Shown here in pieces: positions 9,635 through 19,132 of a stretch of DNA of 64,000 bases; positions within the stretch are counted from its first letter, which is position 1, and each line of letters starts with the position of its first letter. The stretch is from an uncultured Acidobacteriota bacterium (GTDB lineage Bacteria > Acidobacteriota > JAQAZP01): contig CAWIIB010000009.1 of assembly GCA_963836075.1 (NCBI GenBank), forward strand, positions 512,001-576,000, read 5' to 3'. The translations under genes and the position numbers were made by a program. The notes under the pieces are model-generated. The model did not search any database, was not told the origin of the DNA, and worked only from the letters and a program-made list of their open reading frames with translations.

Positions 9635-11107
9635 ATGAACATCCGCATGTTCTGTTTTATCTGCATCGCATTGCTGACTCTGTGCTTTATTCCAACGACG
9701 ATAACCGAAGCACAGTTATTTGAGCCAGCCGTGAACTACAGTGCCGGTTATGAGCCTTACTCCGTCGACATCGGCGACCTTGATGGCGACGGCACCCCGG
9801 ACCTGGCCGTAGCGAACCGGGTCGACGACAATGTCTCGGTGCTGCTGGGTAACGGGGACGGCACTTTCCAGGATGCGGAGAATTACGGCGCAGCTGAGTC
9901 TCCCGAATCAGTTGCCATCGCAAACCTTGATGGCAACGGCGCCCCGGACCTGGCTGTGGCGAATTACCTGAGTGACAATGTCTCGGTACTCCTGGGCATT
10001 GGGGACGGCATTTTTGGGGCTGCGGTGAATTACGGCGTCGATGACGGGCCTATATCGGTCGCCATCGCAGACCTTGATGGCGATGGCAACTCGGACCTGA
10101 CTGTGGTGAATTACCTGGGTTTCAATGTCTCGGTACTCCTGGGCATTGGGGACGGCACCTTTGGGGCCGCGGTGAATTACGGCGTCAATATCGGGCCTTA
10201 CTCGGTGGCCATCGATGACCTGGATGGCAACCAAGTTCTGGACCTGGCCGTGGCGAATAGTAGCAGTGTTTCCATACTCTTGGGTCTTGGGGACGGCACC
10301 TTTGAAGCCGCGGTGCATTACAACGCCGGCGATGAGCTTAGATCGGTCGCTATCGATGACCTGAATGGCGACGGTGCCCTGGACCTGGCCGTGGCCAATT
10401 CCTTGAGCGACGATGTCTCGGTGCTGCTAGGCAACGGCGACGGCACCTTCCAGACAAGGGTCAATTACGGGGCCGGTGACGGTTCTTACTCGGTCGCCAT
10501 CGGCGACCTGGATGGCGACTTCAACCCGGACCTAGCCGTGTCCAATATATGGAGCAACAATATCTCCGTTCTGTTAGGCAACGGGGACGGCACTTTCCAG
10601 AATGCGGAGAATTACGGGGTCGATCATTGGCCATGGTCGGTCGCCATCGAAGACCTTGATGGCGACGGTGCCCTGGACCTGGCCGTGGCAAATCGAGCTG
10701 GCAACAATATCTCGGTGCTTATCAACCGGAGCGCTGAGAATATCATCGCCGCCGAGCTGACCTGCGTCCCGGCATCGGGCACGATACCCTTTATGGTCAG
10801 CATGACGGTGGGATTGACGAACCAATACAACGGGCAAACCCGCCGTATTGCCGGCCACATTAACCTCCAGCTGGCCGGGGGCGACTACTACTCCAACTGG
10901 CGAGCGGGCTACACCAACGTGGGTCCCGGTCAGACGTACTCGTCATTGTGGGTGCAGACAATCCCGGACCTCGGATCGGTGATCGGCACGAACACTTTCA
11001 CGCTGGTGGCCGAGGACGTGACGCCCTCACCATACAACCAGCCCCCATACCCACCGGCTGGGGATATCGACATGGTCAGCTGCACGGTGACGGGGATCGC
11101 TCCCTGA
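9635..11107 (+). CDS. Secreted FG-GAP/VCBS repeat protein with shared C-terminal domain
   Basis: Signal peptide, seven DLDGDGxxDLAVAN...SVLLGxGDGTF-type repeats, same C-terminal domain; AGGAG RBS. Confidence 0.9.
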   Translation: MNIRMFCFICIALLTLCFIPTTITEAQLFEPAVNYSAGYEPYSVDIGDLDGDGTPDLAVANRVDDNVSVLLGNGDGTFQDAENYGAAESPESVAIANLDGNGAPDLAVANYLSDNVSVLLGIGDGIFGAAVNYGVDDGPISVAIADLDGDGNSDLTVVNYLGFNVSVLLGIGDGTFGAAVNYGVNIGPYSVAIDDLDGNQVLDLAVANSSSVSILLGLGDGTFEAAVHYNAGDELRSVAIDDLNGDGALDLAVANSLSDDVSVLLGNGDGTFQTRVNYGAGDGSYSVAIGDLDGDFNPDLAVSNIWSNNISVLLGNGDGTFQNAENYGVDHWPWSVAIEDLDGDGALDLAVANRAGNNISVLINRSAENIIAAELTCVPASGTIPFMVSMTVGLTNQYNGQTRRIAGHINLQLAGGDYYSNWRAGYTNVGPGQTYSSLWVQTIPDLGSVIGTNTFTLVAEDVTPSPYNQPPYPPAGDIDMVSCTVTGIAP

Positions 11108-11188
11108 TAGGCGAGGCAAGGCAGCGGCAATCTTCAACCAGATGGCGCAAGTAGCGGGAAGTCCCGCTTCGTCCAGACTACCCCTTTT

Positions 11189-11242
11189 TTGTTTTCAATA
11201 ACTTAATTTGAATACATCATTAGCATGATGGGGCCGCCGGCC
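11189..11242 (+). repeat. 54-bp conserved box, copy 2
   Basis: Same offset from the upstream stop codon as copy 1; perfect CATCAT-TAGC-ATGATG palindrome. Confidence 0.8.
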
Positions 11243-11427
11243 ATCGCCTTCTATCCCACCAGGAGCATTGTTCAGCTCTGGCCCCAAGGCGCATCGAGAT
11301 CTATAATCAAAATATCGGATGTCCATGGCGTGTTTTCATGGACAATGGTTTGATCCTGCAGGCAATTAAATACTTGTGGAATACCCTGGCGCCCCGCGCC
11401 CGGACTGAGCTTCTTCGCCTGGGAATA

Positions 11428-11641
11428 GTCGCTCGTCCGTTACGGTGCCACCGTGTTCGCCGGCGCCGACCTGGATGGTGACGGCCGGGACGACCTGGTG
11501 GTGGGCGGCGGCCCCGACCCCGGCATCGGCACACCGGTCAACGTTTTTCGATATGACGGTGTGGCTGTGGGGCAGTGGTTCTCACTGGAGGGCTACGAAG
11601 GATTGACCCACGGCGTCAACGTGGCGGCGGGACGGTTCTAG
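11428..11641 (+). pseudogene. C-terminal remnant of an FG-GAP-like protein
   Basis: SSVRYGATVFAGADLDGDGRDDLVVGGGPDP...GVNVAAGRF*; no start or signal peptide; resembles the C-terminal repeats of 25866-28064. Confidence 0.65.
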
Positions 11642-11665
11642 GAGAATCGACAGGTTGGGCCCCTA

Positions 11666-11974
11666 TCAATCTATTGGGGATTCTGGCTTAAGTATCGGGA
11701 GTCTTTCTGTGCCATCCCTTCTGACACATTCGGTCATTTTATGATAAGACCGGATGGTGTTCTGCAATGTCATCAGGCGCTCCGCCGGGGTCATGGACAG
11801 CATCCAGCGAATCAGAGTCAGGTCAACGCCATCCTCGCTGTGGGTCTTTTTCGTCTCCCCAACGTTCAGGTTTGAATCGTCGAGTTTTCGATCCTGCACG
11901 GCAGCACCTCGGCATGATTCCAGTGGAGAAAATATCGTTGACCAAAGAGTAGGGAACTGCATACCCACTGTCAA
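11666..11974 (-). CDS. Small hypothetical protein (GVDLTLIRWMLSMTPAERL motif); start uncertain
   Basis: Motif recalls small proteins encoded next to nucleotidyltransferases; no partner gene here. Confidence 0.45.
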   Translation of the reverse strand: MTVGMQFPTLWSTIFSPLESCRGAAVQDRKLDDSNLNVGETKKTHSEDGVDLTLIRWMLSMTPAERLMTLQNTIRSYHKMTECVRRDGTERLPILKPESPID

Positions 11975-13344
11975 TCAGTCTGATACTCCCGGGCGTCGAT
12001 CCCCAGCTTCTTCATCTTGCGCCACAGTGTGGTGCGGCTGATGCCCAGGTCGCGGGCCGTCTCCTCCACCCGGCCCTGGTTGGCGCGGAGGGCGGTGCGG
12101 ATGGCATCCCCCTCGGCGGCCTTCAATTTCCTTTTCGGGTCTCCGGCGGCAGCGGCCTTGCCCGGTGCGGCGGCCTGCCGGCGCAGACCGGACTGCAAGT
12201 CTTCGGGCAGGTGGTGCACGTCGATCACCAGGTCGTGGCAGAGGACAAAGCCGTACTCGATGAGGTTCTCCAGTTCGCGCACGTTGCCCGGGAAGTCGTG
12301 GCGCATCAGGATCTCCATCACCGCCGGGGTGACGCCGGTGATCGTCTTGCCCCGCTTGGCCGAAAAGCGCCGGATGAAGTGCTCCACGAGGAAGGGGATG
12401 TCCTGGCGCCGCTCGCGGAGCGGGGGCACGGTGAGGCGGATCACCGCCAGCCGGAAATAGAGGTCGTCGCGGAACTTGCCCTGGCTCACCAGCTCGGCCA
12501 GCTTGCGGTTGGTGGCCGCCACCACCCGCACGTTGGTCTTCAGCGGCCCTTCGCCCCCCAGCGGCTCGTACTCGCGCTCCTGGAGGACGCGGAGCAGCTT
12601 GACCTGGGTCTCCGGCGGCAGCTCGCTGATCTCGTCGAAGAAGATCGTCCCCCCCTCGGCCAGGGTCAGCCGCCCCGGCTTGTCCCGCTTGGCATCGGTG
12701 AACGCGCCCTTGATGTAGCCGAAGAGCTCCGACTCGAAGAGGGTCGCCGGCAGGGCGCCGCAGTTGACCACCACGTAGGGTTGTTTGGCTCGCTGGCTCA
12801 GGTTGTGCACCGCCCGGGCGAGAAGTTCTTTGCCCGAGCCGCTGGGGCCTTCGATGAGCACGGTGGACTCGCTCTCGGCGATGTCGGGGAGCAGGGCGAA
12901 GATCTTGCGGAAGGCCTCGCTCTTGCCGACGATGTCCTCGAAGGTGTACTGGCTCTTGATCTCGCGGCGCAGCTGCTCGATGGCCGAGAGGTCGCGGAAG
13001 GTCTCCACCGCCCCGATCAGCGTGCCGTCGGCATCGCGCAGCACCGCGGTGCTGACACTGATCGGCGTCGACTTGCCTTTGGCGTCGAGGATGCGGGCCG
13101 GCAGGTCGATCTGCTCCATGCCGGTGTCGCGGGTCTGGCGCATGGCGCAGCCCGACTCGCAGATGTTGGCGTGGAAGACGTCGCAGCAGCGCTGGCCGAT
13201 GGCCTCCTCGGCGGAAACCCCGGTGATCCGCTCGGCGGCGCGGTTGAACGAGGTGATCTTCCAATCGCGGTCAACGGTGAACACACCGTCGGCGATGGAA
13301 CTGAGGATCAGTTCGAGAAACTGCCTGTTGTATTCCGGTTTCAT
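11971..13344 (-). CDS. PAS-domain sigma54 enhancer-binding protein, OrpR-like
   Basis: PAS with CCDVFHANICESGC (C-X8-C-X3-C), Walker A GPSGSGKE, GAFTDA, Fis-type HTH. Confidence 0.9.
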   Translation of the reverse strand: MKPEYNRQFLELILSSIADGVFTVDRDWKITSFNRAAERITGVSAEEAIGQRCCDVFHANICESGCAMRQTRDTGMEQIDLPARILDAKGKSTPISVSTAVLRDADGTLIGAVETFRDLSAIEQLRREIKSQYTFEDIVGKSEAFRKIFALLPDIAESESTVLIEGPSGSGKELLARAVHNLSQRAKQPYVVVNCGALPATLFESELFGYIKGAFTDAKRDKPGRLTLAEGGTIFFDEISELPPETQVKLLRVLQEREYEPLGGEGPLKTNVRVVAATNRKLAELVSQGKFRDDLYFRLAVIRLTVPPLRERRQDIPFLVEHFIRRFSAKRGKTITGVTPAVMEILMRHDFPGNVRELENLIEYGFVLCHDLVIDVHHLPEDLQSGLRRQAAAPGKAAAAGDPKRKLKAAEGDAIRTALRANQGRVEETARDLGISRTTLWRKMKKLGIDAREYQTD

Positions 13345-13530
13345 GGTCTCGCACCTGATACATTGCTCAGCCCAATGCCACCAATCCCCATAATGATAAC
13401 GTGATTTCAGAAATATATCGAACCGTCGGCGGTGACGTCCCGTAATTTCTGTGGTAATGGTTTTGATGCTGTCTGCGTTGGTAATGTATTGATGTTTTCA
13501 TAGATGCCGATGGTGTTGCCCGAGGAGAAA

Positions 13531-14559
13531 ATGATGCCCTGTAAAAGCCGCCGATTCCCGATGCTGACCATGTCCATCCTGCTGGCCCTCTCACTGGCCG
13601 GTCCGTGGTGCCTCGCCCAGGAGGAACCGCAACCCGATTTCGACGCCCTGGCGGCGCAGTTCAAGGAGGCCCGGGAGGCCGGGGACTACGCCCGGGCGCT
13701 GGAGCTGGCCGAACAGAAGAACGAGCTGGCCCAGATCGACTACATCTTCACCCTGCGCGACGTGGCCGCCATGCACTGCCGGCTGGGCGACACGGAATTG
13801 GCCTATCAGTGGCTGCAGGAGTCGTTTGACGCCGGGTTCTGGGACTTTGGCGAGCTGATGAAGGACGAGGACTTCGCCGCCATCAGCAAGGAGCGGCGGT
13901 TCCGCAAGATGATGCGCACGGCCTGGACCGGCCAGTACCTGTCGATGCTGGAACGGGAGGAGCGCGAGGAGTTCCAGCATCCCGGTCAGGTGATGGAAAC
14001 CCTGGGTCTCAAGCCGGGCGAGAAGGTGGCCGACATCGGCGCCGGATCGGGCTACTTCACCATCCCCGCGGCCCACGCCGTGGGCCAGGAGGGGGTGGTC
14101 TGGGCCATCGACATCCGCCAGGAAATGCTCGATCACGTGGCCGGACGGCTGGAGGAGGAGGAACTGGACAACGTGAGGCTGATGCGTGTGGATGCCACCG
14201 ACCCCCAGCTGCCGGAAGCCGGAGTGGACACCATCCTGATGATCGACACCCTGCACTATGTCAAGGACCGCACGGCCTACGCGGAAAAGCTGAAATACGG
14301 GCTGGTGCCGGGGGGGCGGGTGGTGATCATCGACTACCGGCCCAAGTCGTTCGAGGAGCGGCCCTGGGGCCCGCCGCCGCAGCAGCAGATGTCGAAGGAG
14401 GAGGTGGACGCCGACTTCGCCGCGGCCGGGCTGAAGGTGCTCCGCACCCATGATTTCCTGCCCGAACAGGTACTTCGTGGAATACGGGGTCGAGTGATCA
14501 GCGGCGATACGAACGGAACGGGTGAACCGCCGTGTCCCAGGCCCCGAAAAAAGAACTGA
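13531..14559 (+). CDS. Exported class I SAM-dependent methyltransferase with N-terminal TPR-like region; probable +1 error near 14470 (corrected stop about 14497)
   Basis: VADIGAGSGYF, AIDI, LVPGGRVVIID; FLPEQ continues as YFVEYGVE* in the next frame. Confidence 0.85.
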   Translation: MMPCKSRRFPMLTMSILLALSLAGPWCLAQEEPQPDFDALAAQFKEAREAGDYARALELAEQKNELAQIDYIFTLRDVAAMHCRLGDTELAYQWLQESFDAGFWDFGELMKDEDFAAISKERRFRKMMRTAWTGQYLSMLEREEREEFQHPGQVMETLGLKPGEKVADIGAGSGYFTIPAAHAVGQEGVVWAIDIRQEMLDHVAGRLEEEELDNVRLMRVDATDPQLPEAGVDTILMIDTLHYVKDRTAYAEKLKYGLVPGGRVVIIDYRPKSFEERPWGPPPQQQMSKEEVDADFAAAGLKVLRTHDFLPEQVLRGIRGRVISGDTNGTGEPPCPRPRKKN

Positions 14560-15848
14560 CCCTCTTCGACTGCACCTGCCTGACGGTGGGGATCATCATC
14601 GGCGCCGGTCTGTACCAGATGGCGCCGGACATCGCCCGCGGGGCCGGCAGCGGCTGGGGAGTGATGGCCCTCTGGGCGGCGGGCGGGCTGATCTCGCTCT
14701 TCGGGGCCCTGGGCTACGCTGAGCTGGCCAGCGCCTGGCCCCGCCACGGCGGTGACTTCGTCTATCTCAGCAAGGCCTACGGCCCGTGGGCCGGATTCCT
14801 CTTCGGCTGGATCCAGACGGTGATCGTCCGGCCCAGCGACATTGCCATCATGGCCTTTGCCTTTGCCATGTATGGCCGGGAGATCTGGGACCCCTTTGCC
14901 GGGACTTCATTCGCGTACGGTGACCAGGTCTTCGCCGGCTGCGCGGTGCTGGCGATGACCGCGATCAACATCATCGGCGTGCGGGAGGGCAAGTGGACCC
15001 AGAACCTGCTGACCACGGTGAAGGTCGTCGGCCTGCTGGTGATCATCGGCGCGGCGCTGGCCGCGCCGGCGCAGGAGAAGGGGGCGGCGGCCACCGGCTT
15101 CGACCCCATGCCGCTGAGCGTGGCGCTGATCCTGGTCCTCTTCACCTTTGGCGGCTGGAACGAGATGGCTTTCGTTGCCGCCGAAGTGCGCGACCCCAAA
15201 CGGAACATCGTGCGCGCCCTGGTGCTGGGCACCGTGGTGGTCACCCTGCTCTACCTGCTGGCCAACGCCGCCTTCCTGCACAGCCTGGGCTACGAGGGCA
15301 TGGCCTCCTCCGGGGCGGTGGCGGTGGACGCGGTCTCCGGTCTCTTCCCCGCCGCCGGCGGCCGGCTGATCAGCCTGCTGATCAGCATCTCGGCCCTCGG
15401 CGCGGTGAACGGCCTGATCTTTGCCGGGGGCCGGATCTCTTTTGCCGTGGGCTCCGAGCACCGGGCCTTCAGGGTTCTCGGCCGCTGGAACCCGCGCACC
15501 GGCACGCCGGTCCGCTCGCTGCTGCTCCAGGCCGCGGTGGCCATGGCCCTGATCATCGCCCTCGGTTCCTTCGTCAACACCATCCTCTACATGGCGGCCG
15601 CGGTCTACAGCTTCTACCTCGCCACCAGCCTCGCCGTCTTTGTTCTGCGCCGCAAGGAACCGCATGTGGAGCGCCCGTATCGCGTGGCCGGCTATCCCTG
15701 GCCGACGCTGATCTTCTCGGCGGTGTGCCTCTTCCTGATCTACAGCGCCGTGGCCTACCGCCCGCTGATCGCGGCCAGCTCCTGTGCCCTGCTGCTGGCG
15801 GGATACCCGGTCTATTGGCTCACCACCCACGACCCGCAACGAACTTAA
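14532..15848 (+). CDS. APC-family amino acid permease
   Basis: IIIGAGLY, YAELASAWPRHGGDFVYL, FTFGGWNE, RPYRVAGYP; many TM segments. Confidence 0.92.
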   Translation: MSQAPKKELTLFDCTCLTVGIIIGAGLYQMAPDIARGAGSGWGVMALWAAGGLISLFGALGYAELASAWPRHGGDFVYLSKAYGPWAGFLFGWIQTVIVRPSDIAIMAFAFAMYGREIWDPFAGTSFAYGDQVFAGCAVLAMTAINIIGVREGKWTQNLLTTVKVVGLLVIIGAALAAPAQEKGAAATGFDPMPLSVALILVLFTFGGWNEMAFVAAEVRDPKRNIVRALVLGTVVVTLLYLLANAAFLHSLGYEGMASSGAVAVDAVSGLFPAAGGRLISLLISISALGAVNGLIFAGGRISFAVGSEHRAFRVLGRWNPRTGTPVRSLLLQAAVAMALIIALGSFVNTILYMAAAVYSFYLATSLAVFVLRRKEPHVERPYRVAGYPWPTLIFSAVCLFLIYSAVAYRPLIAASSCALLLAGYPVYWLTTHDPQRT

Positions 15849-15918
15849 TTAGTTACCTGTCCCCTAATTAAGGAGTGAATTGATTAATTTACTAAATCAG
15901 GGGACAGGTAACTAATTA
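15846..15918. repeat. AT-rich inverted repeat with GGGGAC motif
   Basis: Perfect 20-bp arms TAATTAGTTACCTGTCCCCT / AGGGGACAGGTAACTAATTA; supplies the permease stop codon. Confidence 0.8.
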
Positions 15919-16029
15919 GCACAGCCTCTTCATTCGATGGCCCGAACCCTTGTAAGATATGGTCGATTTCCTGAAGTTGACCGCTCCTGAGGAGAGATTG
16001 GTGTTATCCAGAGCATTCCTCCTCCACTA

Positions 16030-17817
16030 TTGCTCAGCGCACTGCTGCTGCTCGCCGGCTGCGGCGGACGGAGCAATCGGCCGCTCCCGGAACAGCGACG
16101 GCAGCAGAAGGCCGGGCCGAACCTCCTGCTGATCACCCTCGACACCGCCCGGGCCGACCGCCTCGGTTGTTACGGCTACCAGAAGGCGGCCACTCCGAAC
16201 ATCGACCGGCTGGCCGTTGATGGTGTGCTCTTCGAGAAGGCCTTCACCCCGGTTCCGCTCACCGTCTCCTCCCACGCCTCGATCTTCACCGGCTGCTACC
16301 CCCCGCACCACGGCGTACACACCAACGACGAAAAGCTCCTCGACGAGCCGAACCTCTGCCTGGCGGAGATGCTCGAGGCCAGGGGATACCACACCGCGGC
16401 GTTTCTCGGTGCGGCGGTGCTGCACCGTGATTCCGGAATGGCCCAGGGATTCGAGACATACTTCGACGACTTCTCGGCCGCGGGGCCGGCCAGGGCGGCG
16501 GCCTCGCCGGAGAAGTCTGCCGCAGAGGTGGTCGACCCGGCGATCCTCTGGCTGCTGCAGGAGGTGGAGGCTCCGTTCTTTCTCTGGATCCACCTCTTCG
16601 ACCCCCACCGCCCCTTCCAGGCGCCGGCGACCTTCGCCGCCCGCGGGTCGGGTGACCCGTATGACGCCGAGATCACCTACAGCGACCACTGGATCGGCGA
16701 ACTGCTCACAGCCCTGCGCGTGTCGGGCCACCGCGACAACACGGTGGTGGCCTTTCTCTCCGACCACGGGGAGGGCCTGGGTGACCACGACGAGACGGCC
16801 CACGGTTTCTTCATCTACGACAGCACGCTCCACGTGCCCCTGATCATCTCCGCGCCGGGCCTGCTCCCCCGGGGTGAGCGGATCGAACCGCTGGTGCGGA
16901 CCGTGGATCTGGCCCCCACCCTGCTCGACCTGCTGGGCGTCCCGGTTCCCGCAGGGATGCACGGGACGAGCCTCAAGCCGCTGATCGACGGGGCGCCGGA
17001 CCAGCCGCGGGAGCTCTACGCCGAGACCTACTACCCGGCCACCTCCTTCGGCTGGAGCCCGCTGCTCGGCCTGCGCACCGCGGAGCGCAAGGCGATCCTC
17101 GCCCCGCGTCCCGAGTATTACCTGCTGGAGGAGGACGGCGGCGAGACCGTTGACCGCTACGCGGAGATGCCCGGGGAGGCGGCCGGTCTGCTGGCCCGCC
17201 TGGAGGCCCGGGTGCCGCAGCTGGAACGGGAGGGGGTCAGCCAGACACGGCTGCTGGATGAACAGAGCCGGGAGATGCTCCGCGCCCTGGGCTACCTCAC
17301 CGGCGATTCGGCACCGCCCCTGGAGGCAGGCGAGGCACTGCCCGACCCCAAGGACCGGATCGAGGTGGTGAACCGGCTGGAGCTGGCCGTGGAGTTGATG
17401 GGACAGAACCGCCACGCCGACGCAGTGGGGATCCTGGAGGAACTGGCCGCCGAGGAACCGGACAGCGGGATCATTCACAACCTGCTGGGTGAATCTTTGC
17501 TGGTCACCCGCCGCTATGCCAAGGCCGCCCGGGTCTACCGCCGACTCAGCCGGCTGACCCCCGATGATCCCATCCCGCTGGTCAACCTCGGCTCCCTTTC
17601 CTTCATGGACAAGGAATACGACAAGGCGGCCGCCTATTTTGAGCAGGCCCTCGAGCTTTCGCCCCGCCAGGTGGAGGCGCTGCTCAACCTCGGCTACCTC
17701 AATCACCAGAAGTTGGGCAACCGGCAAAAGGCCCGCGAATACTACGGCCGCTTCCTCGAGGCCGCACCCAACGACCCGCAGGCACCGAAGATCCGGTCGC
17801 TGCTCGACATGCTCTAG
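16030..17817 (+). CDS. Sulfatase-like hydrolase with C-terminal TPR repeats, putative lipoprotein
   Basis: LLITLDTARAD, TPNIDRLA, PLTVSSHASIFTG, SDHGE, LLAGC lipobox, TPR motifs. Confidence 0.88.
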   Translation: MLSALLLLAGCGGRSNRPLPEQRRQQKAGPNLLLITLDTARADRLGCYGYQKAATPNIDRLAVDGVLFEKAFTPVPLTVSSHASIFTGCYPPHHGVHTNDEKLLDEPNLCLAEMLEARGYHTAAFLGAAVLHRDSGMAQGFETYFDDFSAAGPARAAASPEKSAAEVVDPAILWLLQEVEAPFFLWIHLFDPHRPFQAPATFAARGSGDPYDAEITYSDHWIGELLTALRVSGHRDNTVVAFLSDHGEGLGDHDETAHGFFIYDSTLHVPLIISAPGLLPRGERIEPLVRTVDLAPTLLDLLGVPVPAGMHGTSLKPLIDGAPDQPRELYAETYYPATSFGWSPLLGLRTAERKAILAPRPEYYLLEEDGGETVDRYAEMPGEAAGLLARLEARVPQLEREGVSQTRLLDEQSREMLRALGYLTGDSAPPLEAGEALPDPKDRIEVVNRLELAVELMGQNRHADAVGILEELAAEEPDSGIIHNLLGESLLVTRRYAKAARVYRRLSRLTPDDPIPLVNLGSLSFMDKEYDKAAAYFEQALELSPRQVEALLNLGYLNHQKLGNRQKAREYYGRFLEAAPNDPQAPKIRSLLDML

Positions 17818-17830
17818 GAACGACGGCTGA

Positions 17831-19132
17831 TCAGAACCGGATGGTGAACTCGGTGAGCCCCGCCTCGCTCCGCTCCAGGCTGAAGTCGAAACCGTGACGG
17901 ATGAGGATCTCGCGGATCAGGGTCAGACCGATGCCCTGGCCTTCCGCCTTGGTGGAGTAGAAGGGAGCGAAGAGGTTCGCCCGGGTCTCGGCGGTGAAGC
18001 CCTCGCCGCTGTCGGCCACCAGCAGCACCGGGCGGCCGCGGTGCAGCGCCAGGCGAACGGTGATCTCACCATCCTCGCCGATGGCCTCCAGCGCGTTCTT
18101 GAAGATGTTGATCAGCACCTGCTCCAGCTGCAGCGGGTCGAGGCTGATCCGGGGCAGCCCGTCCTCCAGCTGCAGGTTCCAGGTCACCCGCCGCCGGGCA
18201 CTCTCCTCCCGCAGCAACAGAGCGACCTCGTTGATCAGCTCCCCGAGGTCGGTTTCCTGCCGGGCCGGTGCGGGCAGGCGGATCACGTCGGCGAAGTTCT
18301 GCATGAACTGGTTCATCCGGCCGGTGCGGCTGATGGCCACGCTGATCGCTCGGACAAAGTCCTCCCGGTCGTCCTCGCCGATCTGGCTGCCGTAGCTGAG
18401 ACAGGAGTCGAGCAGCGAGCCCACCGCGCCGGTGGTGTTGTTCACCTCGTGACTCATCACCCGGATCAGCTTTTCGTACGCCGCCTTCTCGGTTCGGTGC
18501 AGTTCCTCGGTCAGTTCGTCCATCAGCAGAAACCGGCGGGTGAATCCCCGGTCCATGAAGGTCAGCGCCTGGCACTTCACCCGGCGGCGGCCGTCCAGCG
18601 TGAGCACGTCAGCTCCGTCGTCCTCCAGCCGGGACAGGTCCCGGGCAAAGGGACCCAGCTCCGCCAGCGGGCGGCCGGTGAGCTGGTCCCGTTCCCGACC
18701 AAGGAGACGGGCCGCCGCGGCGTTGGCCATGCTCACCCGCCCCTCGAGATCGAGGGTCAGGATGCCGCTTGGCGAACCGCTGATGATCCGGTGAAGGAAG
18801 TGTTCCTGCTCCTCGCTGCGGATCCTCTCCTCGCGGAGATGGTCAGCCATGGCGTTGTAGACCCGGATCAGCGGGTCGAGGTCGCCCTGCCCCACCTCGC
18901 GGAAACGGGTGCCGAACTCGCTGGCCTGGATGAACTCGATGCCGCTGCGAATCAGCCGGATCGGCTCGAAAAGCCGGCGGACCAGCACCAGGCCGGTGAT
19001 GAAGGAGAGGAGGAAGAAGGCTTCCACCGCCAGCAGCCAGGGCCGCTGGTCCCGCAGCAGCCAGACGGTGACCGCGCAGAACACCAGGTGGATGAAGAGG
19101 AGGTAGAGGATGAACTTGGTGCGCAGGCTCAA
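17831..19132 (-). CDS. Membrane PAS sensor histidine kinase
   Basis: Two TM helices, MSHEVNN, NIFKNALEA, GQGIGL; TTG start overlaps the regulator stop. Confidence 0.88.
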   Translation of the reverse strand: MSLRTKFILYLLFIHLVFCAVTVWLLRDQRPWLLAVEAFFLLSFITGLVLVRRLFEPIRLIRSGIEFIQASEFGTRFREVGQGDLDPLIRVYNAMADHLREERIRSEEQEHFLHRIISGSPSGILTLDLEGRVSMANAAAARLLGRERDQLTGRPLAELGPFARDLSRLEDDGADVLTLDGRRRVKCQALTFMDRGFTRRFLLMDELTEELHRTEKAAYEKLIRVMSHEVNNTTGAVGSLLDSCLSYGSQIGEDDREDFVRAISVAISRTGRMNQFMQNFADVIRLPAPARQETDLGELINEVALLLREESARRRVTWNLQLEDGLPRISLDPLQLEQVLINIFKNALEAIGEDGEITVRLALHRGRPVLLVADSGEGFTAETRANLFAPFYSTKAEGQGIGLTLIREILIRHGFDFSLERSEAGLTEFTIRF

